DNA of 64,000 nt from a virus. Lineage: Duplodnaviria > Caudoviricetes. Positions 29,293-35,977 of the stretch are shown here, one piece after another. Location of the stretch: the IMG/VR virus record IMGVR_UViG_3300025620_000006, positions 1,175 to 65,174 of that record, one strand, 5' to 3'. How positions within the stretch are numbered: the stretch's first letter is position 1; each line of letters starts with the position of its first letter. Made by a program: the position numbers and the translations under genes. The notes under the pieces were generated by a model that saw only the letters and a program-made list of their open reading frames with translations, did not search any database and was not told where the DNA came from.

Positions 29293-29558
29293 GTGATACA
29301 ATTAAAAAATGGCACGAAATGCAAGAAAATAAAGAAATAAATCCAGTAGATATTGGATTAATAGCTAAATATATATTCTTACTAGATTTTACAGATGGTA
29401 AAGTATATAGATATGACATTAGCGTGTTATGTACAAAAGAAAATAAATGGAATCCTGATACAGAATCATGTGAGTCGTTTTTATATGGCGCAGGTCACAA
29501 GTTAAATGACTGTGAGTGGATGGTAACTAATAATAAAGGAATAGAATTTGGAAACTAA
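29289..29558 (+). CDS. Early hypothetical protein
   Basis: Likely start MSDTIKKW (ATGA overlap). Confidence 0.6.
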   Translation: MSDTIKKWHEMQENKEINPVDIGLIAKYIFLLDFTDGKVYRYDISVLCTKENKWNPDTESCESFLYGAGHKLNDCEWMVTNNKGIEFGN

Positions 29559-30170
29559 AACAACTAATCCATGGGATTTAGCGTGGTCTAAATGGTGGGT
29601 ACAACAGAACTACAAGAAATGCGAAGTCGATGAAATGACACTAAGCGAAATATATGAACTATTAGAACAAGATTAAATGAGAACACTTAAACTAACAGAA
29701 AACGACTGCACTTTTGTACACTATGTACTACGTATGTACGCTCAGCAAACACCTGGGTTAGATCAAGAAGACAAAGATGAAATACGTGAAGTCGCAGCTA
29801 AATTTAAATAATATGAAAGAATATATAAATAACGAACTAAGTAAACTAGATCGTGGAATAGTAGCTACGCCTACCGAAGAATACCTTGACAGTTTTGCAG
29901 AAGCAAACAACGGAAGTAATGACTTTTTACTAATGCAATTAGCTAAAAACTATGGCTATCAACTAGCTTTACTTAACATTAAAAACAAAATAAATGAGTA
30001 AAATGTCAGAACTAGATTTGATTGCACAAGGTGTAGCAGATCATATGAAAGAAATTATTGAAGACAGTGTTGATTGGCAATTAGCTGACCAACCACTTGA
30101 CGGTGATGAATATATGGAAATGAAAGAATATGTTATTAACTTAGCTTTAAATAAATTGTTAGGTAATTAA
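29548..30170 (+). CDS. Four early micro-ORFs (29548-29676, 29677-29811, 29813-30001, 29994-30170)
   Basis: Abutting or overlapping ORFs of 42-62 aa read from the sequence. Confidence 0.55.
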
Positions 30171-30172
30171 TT

Positions 30173-30203
30173 ACAAAACAAATACGAATATTAATTGATA
30201 ATA
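30173..30203 (+). promoter_or_regulatory. Class-1 promoter copy 5
   Basis: ACA aaaca AATACGA atattaatt GATAATA. Confidence 0.75.
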
Positions 30204-30218
30204 TAATAAACTAAAAAT

Positions 30219-30407
30219 ATGTATTGTAGATGCGGAACAAATATACCACGGTTGCGATTAGATATGGGCTACAAAACCTGTGTTAATTGCTCAACAACCC
30301 AAACGTACAGCTATGTACCAATTATTGAGCATAAAACCGGTAATACAATACAAATCGTCAGTCAAGAAGTAAGTGCATCTGTGCACAGAGCTTGGCGTAG
30401 AAAGTAA
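30219..30407 (+). CDS. DksA/TraR-type C4 zinc-finger protein
   Basis: CRCGTNIPRLRLDMGYKTCVNC matches the C..CG..IP..R......C..C pattern. Confidence 0.6.
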   Translation: MYCRCGTNIPRLRLDMGYKTCVNCSTTQTYSYVPIIEHKTGNTIQIVSQEVSASVHRAWRRK

Positions 30408-30409
30408 GT

Positions 30410-30549
30410 ACAAAGAGTTTTACGGTATATAGCTCTATCTAAATATGAAAACCGACTCCAGCGAATAAATAACAGACCGCGGCGTAAGCAAAGGTAGAAA
30501 ATGTCTGGAATGGCGAAAGATACGATTAGTGATCACACAATAGCCGGTA
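30410..30549 (+). ncRNA. Candidate structured ncRNA
   Basis: ORF-free; stems GAGT..CGGT/ACCG-ACTC and CAGAC/GTCTG. Confidence 0.35.
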
Positions 30550-30638
30550 AACTAGGTATGGATGTAACAGGTGTTATTAAGTTAAACAGAGTTCATTACT
30601 ACGACGGTATGAAGGTTCGATTCCTTCACTAGTTACTA
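30550..30638 (+). ncRNA. tRNA-like element with acceptor stem and T-arm but no canonical D/anticodon arms
   Basis: AACTAG...TGAAGG-TTCGATT-CCTTCA-CTAGTT-A-CTA. Confidence 0.55.
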
Positions 30639-30643
30639 AAAAT

Positions 30644-30838
30644 CTTATAAATGTGAAGGGCTCAGTATGGCTGTAGGAACTCAGCGAAGAGATACGTGGT
30701 TAAGCTGACGAAGATCCTTTAATTTTATAAGTCGTAGTATCACGGGTTGCAGAGTAATTAACTGCATGCACGGTGGAAGTCCGATCGTTGAAGTGGTGAG
30801 GGATCGTTATGAACTCATGGAAACGGAGATAACTACGT
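30644..30838 (+). ncRNA. Candidate two-domain structured ncRNA
   Basis: Domain 1 closed by CTTATAAA/TTTATAAG with GAAGGG/TCCTTT and TCAGC/GCTGA; domain 2 closed by CGTAGT-ATC/GAT-A-ACTACG with TGCAG/CTGCA and CGATC/GATCG. Confidence 0.5.
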
Positions 30839-30841
30839 AAT

Positions 30842-30922
30842 GGGGGTGACTTGGTATTGACGTGATAGAAAGCCTATATGGAACTATTACGGAAGACAGT
30901 TCGAATCTGTCCACCTCCACTA
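30842..30922 (+). ncRNA. Miniature tmRNA-like RNA (tRNA-like domain only, no tag ORF)
   Basis: GGGGGTG/CACCTCC acceptor with G3:U70 and discriminator A; unpaired D-loop ACTTGGTATTGAC; stem GTGATAG/CTATTAC; GGAA linker; T-arm GACAG-TTCGAAT-CTGTC. Confidence 0.75.
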
Positions 30923-30938
30923 AACTTAATTAATTTAG

Positions 30939-31082
30939 ATGAGCAGGACTAGAAAAAAACCATACACTAAATCAAAAAAGTTTGATAAAACCTGTAGAAA
31001 CAACGGAAGTTGCCCTTATTGTAGAGACAACCGTTTGTACAAAAATAAAAAACGAGATACACAAACAAAATACGATAACTAA
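30939..31082 (+). CDS. Small basic Cys-motif protein (47 aa, not in ORF track)
   Basis: MSRTRKKPYTKSKKFDKTCRNNGSCPYCRDNRLYKNKKRDTQTKYDN. Confidence 0.65.
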   Translation: MSRTRKKPYTKSKKFDKTCRNNGSCPYCRDNRLYKNKKRDTQTKYDN

Positions 31083-31091
31083 TGGATAATA
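31061..31091 (+). promoter_or_regulatory. Class-1 promoter copy 6
   Basis: ACA aacaa AATACGA taactaatg GATAATA. Confidence 0.75.
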
Positions 31092-31119
31092 TCAATGTAA
31101 CAAATAAACAATTATAACT

Positions 31120-31560
31120 ATGACAAACCAGTACACATGGCGACAAGAACGTCAAATGCTAGAAGATGCTTACGCACGTAGGCTACTTATCGAGCACAAC
31201 ATCAAGGAAGTAACTACTCAAAGGCAAGCTAAAAACGGCACAAGAGAGTTTGAATTTCCAGTACCTTGCTACTCTAAACAAAGACTAGAGTGGTTTAAGT
31301 ACAAAAAATACAACTTAAAAGATCTACCAAGATTAAGACTAGCTACGTTTGAATCAGGTATGGTTAGAAAACAAAATGGCGGCGATAGAGCTTACCAAAT
31401 CAATCCACAGTATAAGCAAAATCAAAGATATGTGTGGCTTAACAGTGACAATGAAGTTACTGTTAAAGAATTTGTAGGCAACGCTAGAGCATTAATACAC
31501 AATCCACTAACTAGAATGGTGTATATGTTAAATTATTATCTTAAAAACTATAAACAATGA
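31120..31560 (+). CDS. Early hypothetical protein
   Basis: 146-aa ORF after promoter copy 6. Confidence 0.7.
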   Translation: MTNQYTWRQERQMLEDAYARRLLIEHNIKEVTTQRQAKNGTREFEFPVPCYSKQRLEWFKYKKYNLKDLPRLRLATFESGMVRKQNGGDRAYQINPQYKQNQRYVWLNSDNEVTVKEFVGNARALIHNPLTRMVYMLNYYLKNYKQ

Positions 31561-31811
31561 GCAAAAGACTAACAATTTATGAAAGGCTAAAGCCTGAAAT
31601 CAAAGAGGCATTACATTCCTCTGAAAACAACAAGTATTCTGCTTGTGTTGACAGCATAGTAGAAGCATTATCAAGCACTACATTTTATAGTGACTTAAAA
31701 ATTAGCGACATTAGCTCGTTATATACATTTACAAACCTCGAACTAATTAGAATTACAGCGTGGGATTTTAAATACGGTGATAACATTTTAATATCTAAAG
31801 ACTATGAATAA
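31557..31811 (+). CDS. Hypothetical protein
   Basis: 84-aa coupled ORF. Confidence 0.65.
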   Translation: MSKRLTIYERLKPEIKEALHSSENNKYSACVDSIVEALSSTTFYSDLKISDISSLYTFTNLELIRITAWDFKYGDNILISKDYE

Positions 31812-32256
31812 GATACTAACAGAAGAACTAATTGACAAAAGATTAGAAGCACACGGTGTAAAATTTGATATTGAACACGATGAAGCTTTAAAAGTAATAC
31901 AAGATCATTACGATTTCGAGCTAACAGACAACTGGAATCGTACGCCTGACTATAGTATATACACTGAAACTACAGCTGACGGCTATGAAGTGTGGGTTGC
32001 AACATCAGGTGATGGTAGAAACGTATGTATAAATGAAGATGTACATTACTACGAAAACGACTTAAGTGACAGACTGGTTGAGGCTATGACTGACTACAAC
32101 GAGTTAATATATGTAGATGACCTTGAAGCTTATTATGTAGAAGATGCGGTTAGAGAGGTATATGACTCTTATGTAAATGATATGAAAGAAGAAGTAGAAA
32201 ACGAATTAATAGAAGAAGGTTATGAGTACGAAAAAGCAGACGAAACAACAAGTTAA
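31804..32256 (+). CDS. Highly acidic protein (possible nucleic-acid mimic)
   Basis: 150 aa, very rich in D/E/Y. Confidence 0.65.
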   Translation: MNKILTEELIDKRLEAHGVKFDIEHDEALKVIQDHYDFELTDNWNRTPDYSIYTETTADGYEVWVATSGDGRNVCINEDVHYYENDLSDRLVEAMTDYNELIYVDDLEAYYVEDAVREVYDSYVNDMKEEVENELIEEGYEYEKADETTS

Positions 32257-32500
32257 ACAACAAATACCAAAATGGTTCAATGGAGAAATATACACAAAAG
32301 GAGAAACAGTGACAAATCCTTTTTCAAAAGAAGATTTTTATCTAAACGGTTTAGAATTATCCATTTATGATTTTATAATGGGTACACAAGCTGTTTTCGA
32401 AATGGGAGTTGAAAACCAAAGGCTAATAAGTGACTTTCAAAAAGCGTTACGCTGGTTTCAAAAAAATAACATAAACGCCTATATGGTCTTATTAGACTAA
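32222..32500 (+). CDS. Hypothetical protein
   Basis: 92-aa ORF ending AYMVLLD. Confidence 0.65.
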   Translation: MSTKKQTKQQVKQQIPKWFNGEIYTKGETVTNPFSKEDFYLNGLELSIYDFIMGTQAVFEMGVENQRLISDFQKALRWFQKNNINAYMVLLD

Positions 32501-32510
32501 ACTTATACAG

Positions 32511-32600
32511 AGAGAGGTGGCAGATATGCAGAGATATACTTGTCCAACAAAACAACGGCGGGTTTACGTAAACGAAGCAGCTTCGTGGGCACATCTCTCT
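32511..32600 (+). ncRNA. Candidate structured ncRNA upstream of tRNA-Met
   Basis: Closed by AGAGAGGTG/CATCTCTCT; inner TGTCCA/TGGGCA and CGAAG/CTTCG. Confidence 0.45.
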
Positions 32601-32608
32601 CTTAATAT

Positions 32609-32681
32609 TGCGCGGTAGAGCAGTTGGTAGCTCGCTAGCCTCATAAGCTAGAGGTCGGTGGTTCGAATCCACCCTGCGCAC
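32609..32681 (+). tRNA. tRNA-Met (CAT)
   Basis: Cloverleaf: TGCGCGG/CTGCGCA, GAGC/GCTC D-stem, CTAGC-CTCATAA-GCTAG anticodon arm, GGTGG-TTCGAAT-CCACC T-arm; no encoded CCA. Confidence 0.9.
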
Positions 32682-32698
32682 CTAAAATTAAATAAATT

Positions 32699-33175
32699 AT
32701 GAGTACAAGAAATGTAACAATGGTAGTTCCAAGGTCGGCTGCGGAAGATAATGACCTAGGTTTTGCTTGTAATCCCGACGTGGTCGGTGACAAAAGCCAC
32801 GTAAATATGTATTTACATCATGATGGATATCCTGAGTATAGAGCTATAGAGCTAGCTAACTGGGTTAAACACATGCAAGAAGATGAGGGTTTTACTAAAT
32901 TTGGTGATGGATCAAGAATCGCATCTCATTTGGTTAAAGACTTTCATTATAATTCGCAGTATTTATACCCTTCTCACGAGAATATAGATCATAACTACAC
33001 TTATACAATATGGACAGGTAAACCAGACGTGTGGATAACATGCTGGAATCAGTACAATAACTCCTGTGTATTTGTAAGCAAAGTAAGTGATATATTAAAA
33101 AGTGGTTGGTTTCAGCCTGAAAGGTTTGATTACACAGATTGGAAACTTTACAAACAAAATACGAATCAAAAATGA
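32699..33175 (+). CDS. Conserved phage hypothetical protein (YxHxDGYP motif)
   Basis: MSTR...MYLHHDGYPE. Confidence 0.7.
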   Translation: MSTRNVTMVVPRSAAEDNDLGFACNPDVVGDKSHVNMYLHHDGYPEYRAIELANWVKHMQEDEGFTKFGDGSRIASHLVKDFHYNSQYLYPSHENIDHNYTYTIWTGKPDVWITCWNQYNNSCVFVSKVSDILKSGWFQPERFDYTDWKLYKQNTNQK

Positions 33176-33180
33176 TAATA
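33150..33180 (+). promoter_or_regulatory. Class-1 promoter copy 7
   Basis: ACA aacaa AATACGA atcaaaaat GATAATA. Confidence 0.75.
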
Positions 33181-33185
33181 AACAT

Positions 33186-33422
33186 ATGACAGACAAAGAC
33201 ATTGAAAAAATTGCACAACGCGTGGCGCAAGTTCTATATGAACGAGCTCACGCGGATTTGTCATTTATACCACCCGATGAAGACGAAGAACAAACATTAC
33301 TAGCTGAATTAGCAAAGCTTATGACGCTATTGTCTTCGTATTTAGAACAAGAAGAGTATCAAAAATGTGCAGTTATTCAAAATAAAATAAAAAGAATAGA
33401 AAATAAATTAAATAAATTATGA
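33186..33422 (+). CDS. Small protein with UVR-like coiled-coil motif
   Basis: Likely start MTDKDIEK; EEYQKCAVIQNKIK. Confidence 0.55.
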   Translation: MTDKDIEKIAQRVAQVLYERAHADLSFIPPDEDEEQTLLAELAKLMTLLSSYLEQEEYQKCAVIQNKIKRIENKLNKL

Positions 33423-34261
33423 TAAAACCAATGCTCGCATACAAAGTAGGCAAAAAACCTGTCGACTGGTCCGAGAAAGTGTTCATGCAACCAAAGCTTG
33501 ACGGCGTACGCTGTATTATACAACTCGACAAAACAGGAAAAGTAATTGCTTATTCACGCACAGGTAAACCTTGGCTTAATATTAGACATATATTAAAAGA
33601 TCTTAAACCTTGGTTTGCAGAACATCCAGACGTTATACTAGACGGTGAATTATACAATCACGAACTACGTAACGACTTCGAAAAAATTATATCATTAGTT
33701 AGAACTCAAAAACCAACAGCTTATATGCGTTCTAAATCTAAAAAATTAGTACAGTTTCATTGCTACGATTATGCTAATGGCAACGATCCTTATTCACAAA
33801 GAATGAGAAACTTAAGCGTTAGTGATATGTATTCTTACTGTGTAAAATACGTTCCAACGTGGCAAGTAACATCTAACGGTCATGCTAATCTAAAACACAA
33901 AAGTTTTCTAGAAAAAGATTACGAAGGCTCTATCTTACGTCTTGATGGTTCTTATCAGCGTAAACGTTCTTACAACTTACAGAAGTTTAAAGACTTTCAT
34001 GATGCAGAAGCTACTATCGTAGGTTATGTGCCAGGTAAAGGTAAACGAACAGGTACTCTTGGTAAATTTGTAATGCAAGATGATAAAGGCGTAGAATTTG
34101 GTTGCCCTCCAGGTAAAGGTTATAACTATAAAGATCTTGCTAATATACTTGATAATATAGGCGACTATATTGGCCAGCGTGCTACTTTTACTTATTTCGA
34201 AAGAACTAAAGCAGGTTCTTACAGACATCCACTTTTCAAAACACTTAGAAATTATGAATAG
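33419..34261 (+). CDS. ATP-dependent DNA ligase
   Basis: Motif I QPKLDGVR, III LDGELY, IV EGSILR, V LQKFK, C-terminal YRHP. Confidence 0.9.
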   Translation: MIKPMLAYKVGKKPVDWSEKVFMQPKLDGVRCIIQLDKTGKVIAYSRTGKPWLNIRHILKDLKPWFAEHPDVILDGELYNHELRNDFEKIISLVRTQKPTAYMRSKSKKLVQFHCYDYANGNDPYSQRMRNLSVSDMYSYCVKYVPTWQVTSNGHANLKHKSFLEKDYEGSILRLDGSYQRKRSYNLQKFKDFHDAEATIVGYVPGKGKRTGTLGKFVMQDDKGVEFGCPPGKGYNYKDLANILDNIGDYIGQRATFTYFERTKAGSYRHPLFKTLRNYE

Positions 34262-34532
34262 AGATAGAATGAAAGAATATACAAATAGATACGGCGATAA
34301 ATTTACCTTTGAGTTAAATGAAAGAGGTAATATAGATTGGAAGGGCAATTTTAAATACGTAAGATGCGGCTTTGGAGATAACCCTGAGGATATTATTATG
34401 GTTGATCCATCAGGAGGTCCTTATATTGATATAGGTACTGATATGAAACTATTTGGTCATAAAGGTAAAGTAAATGGGTTTATCAATACAGATGTAGGTT
34501 ATGAGTTAATATTAGAAAAATCAGGATTATGA
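34254..34532 (+). CDS. Hypothetical protein
   Basis: Likely start MNRDRMKEY; DPSGGPYI motif. Confidence 0.6.
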   Translation: MNRDRMKEYTNRYGDKFTFELNERGNIDWKGNFKYVRCGFGDNPEDIIMVDPSGGPYIDIGTDMKLFGHKGKVNGFINTDVGYELILEKSGL

Positions 34533-34635
34533 GAAAACTTATATATCAACTTTATAATGACAATATGATAAGCGAGGAAGTAGTACACTTATTATTAGAC
34601 AAATATTATAATAAACCTAGTAAAAGACGATACTA

Positions 34636-35142
34636 ATGAATATATTTTATTTAGATAGAGATCCAGTTAAAGCTGCACAGATACAATATAACAAGCATGT
34701 GGTTAAAATGGTCTTAGAATCAGCCCAGATGCTTTGTACTGCGCATCATCATTATGCTGAACTAAATTACCCAATGGTTGAAGTACCTTATAAAAAAGCA
34801 CACTACAATCATCCGTCTACAATATGGTGTAGACAAAACGCAAAGCAATACATGTGGTTATATGATCACATGATAGCGCTTGGCGAAGAATATACTAAGA
34901 GATATAATAAAACACATTTAACAATAACTAAATGCAAAGAACCTTTAAGACAATTACCTCTAGGAATACCGGACAGTACTTTTACAGAACCACCACAATG
35001 TATGCCAGAAGAATACAAAGTAGAGGGTGACAGTTTGTCAGCCTATTGGAATTATTACGAACAAGAAAAACAATTAATAAAAGGAAAAAATGAGCAAAAG
35101 ATTATACGACCAATTAATATTAAGCAATTACAATGGAATTAA
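34636..35142 (+). CDS. Pyrimidine-dimer DNA glycosylase / endonuclease V-like
   Basis: MNIFYLD...HVVKMVLESAQMLCTAH...HYNHPSTIW...PQCMP motifs. Confidence 0.8.
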   Translation: MNIFYLDRDPVKAAQIQYNKHVVKMVLESAQMLCTAHHHYAELNYPMVEVPYKKAHYNHPSTIWCRQNAKQYMWLYDHMIALGEEYTKRYNKTHLTITKCKEPLRQLPLGIPDSTFTEPPQCMPEEYKVEGDSLSAYWNYYEQEKQLIKGKNEQKIIRPINIKQLQWN

Positions 35143-35327
35143 CGATAAAATTAAATCTTTCAGAAAGCCGAAGAAAAAAGGCGCACAAAAAACAGCTAGA
35201 ACTCGCAATAGCAGGTATGCATAACGATATAGTTTTGCACACATTAAATGGTAATTATCATTTAGCTGAATTAAAAGCAAAGCTTTTTTTAAAATACAAT
35301 CGAAGATTGAAATACTTAGGGTTGTGA
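35133..35327 (+). CDS. Hypothetical basic protein
   Basis: 64-aa ORF; exact start uncertain. Confidence 0.55.
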   Translation: MELTIKLNLSESRRKKAHKKQLELAIAGMHNDIVLHTLNGNYHLAELKAKLFLKYNRRLKYLGL

Positions 35328-35369
35328 CAACAGCCCTTATAAGTTAAATAAGTAACAAGCAAATGTCAC
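35324..35369. promoter_or_regulatory. GTGACA...TGTCAC operator-like element, copy 2, overlapping the HTH gene start
   Basis: Reverse complement aligns with 26829-26873. Confidence 0.55.
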
Positions 35370-35977
35370 AAGAAAGAAATATAAAATGGTTAAATGATAG
35401 ACGTGTTGTTTATAGGCAGTTTCCTATAAATGATAAACCTACTATTGAAACTGACAAGTACATGTTCTTTGAAAATGGCACGCACGAGCACTATAGCTTA
35501 TTTAATACTAAAGCTAAAATAACTACATATAAATCTTTAAAATGGCATTTCTTAGTGCTATATTATTTAAATCAAGAGAATGGTTTACTACCATCACATG
35601 TATATGAATTTATAGCAAATAAAGACAATGGATTTGTAACGTTTTTTATTAGTAAAAAAGTATTAAATGACATGATAGACGATGTGTTTAATATAGGTGG
35701 TGAACCTCCTATTAATAAAATTCGTAAAGTAATATTTAAAGACTATAGCATGCTAACTATAAGTGAAAAGCTTAGTATAGTAGGTAAATTAATAGGTAGA
35801 TCATCACGAATTGATGCTGAAGCGATTTACCAATCTATGCTTGATCTTAACGATTTTGGAAAGCATATTTGTATTGGTAGAATAGCTGGACTATTAAACG
35901 TGTCTAAAAGAACAATATACCGTCATATAAATGACGAGTTAAAACAAGAAATAAAAATACTAAATGAAGAAATATAA
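35363..35977 (+). CDS. HTH DNA-binding protein (possible replication initiator or regulator)
   Basis: C-terminal IGRIAGLLNVSKRTIYRHI helix-turn-helix. Confidence 0.65.
   Translation: MSQERNIKWLNDRRVVYRQFPINDKPTIETDKYMFFENGTHEHYSLFNTKAKITTYKSLKWHFLVLYYLNQENGLLPSHVYEFIANKDNGFVTFFISKKVLNDMIDDVFNIGGEPPINKIRKVIFKDYSMLTISEKLSIVGKLIGRSSRIDAEAIYQSMLDLNDFGKHICIGRIAGLLNVSKRTIYRHINDELKQEIKILNEEI

Noticed and set aside
30705-30826. Hammerhead-like CTGACGA ... GAAAC
   Set aside because: The two core motifs are over 100 nt apart, GAAA does not abut a stem II, and CTGA is already paired in the TCAGC/GCTGA helix
30550-30922. Circularly permuted two-piece tmRNA
   Set aside because: Both acceptor strands of the tmRNA-like unit are in normal order within 78 nt, and the upstream T-arm element has its own non-alanine acceptor stem
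32373-32681. Minus-strand 102-aa ORF
   Set aside because: Antisense translation of the tRNA-Met (MRRVDSNHRPLAYEASELP is a typical tRNA artefact)
27235-33180. Repeated motif as a CRISPR array
   Set aside because: Copies are hundreds to thousands of bases apart, have variable internal spacers and precede ORFs; no cas genes
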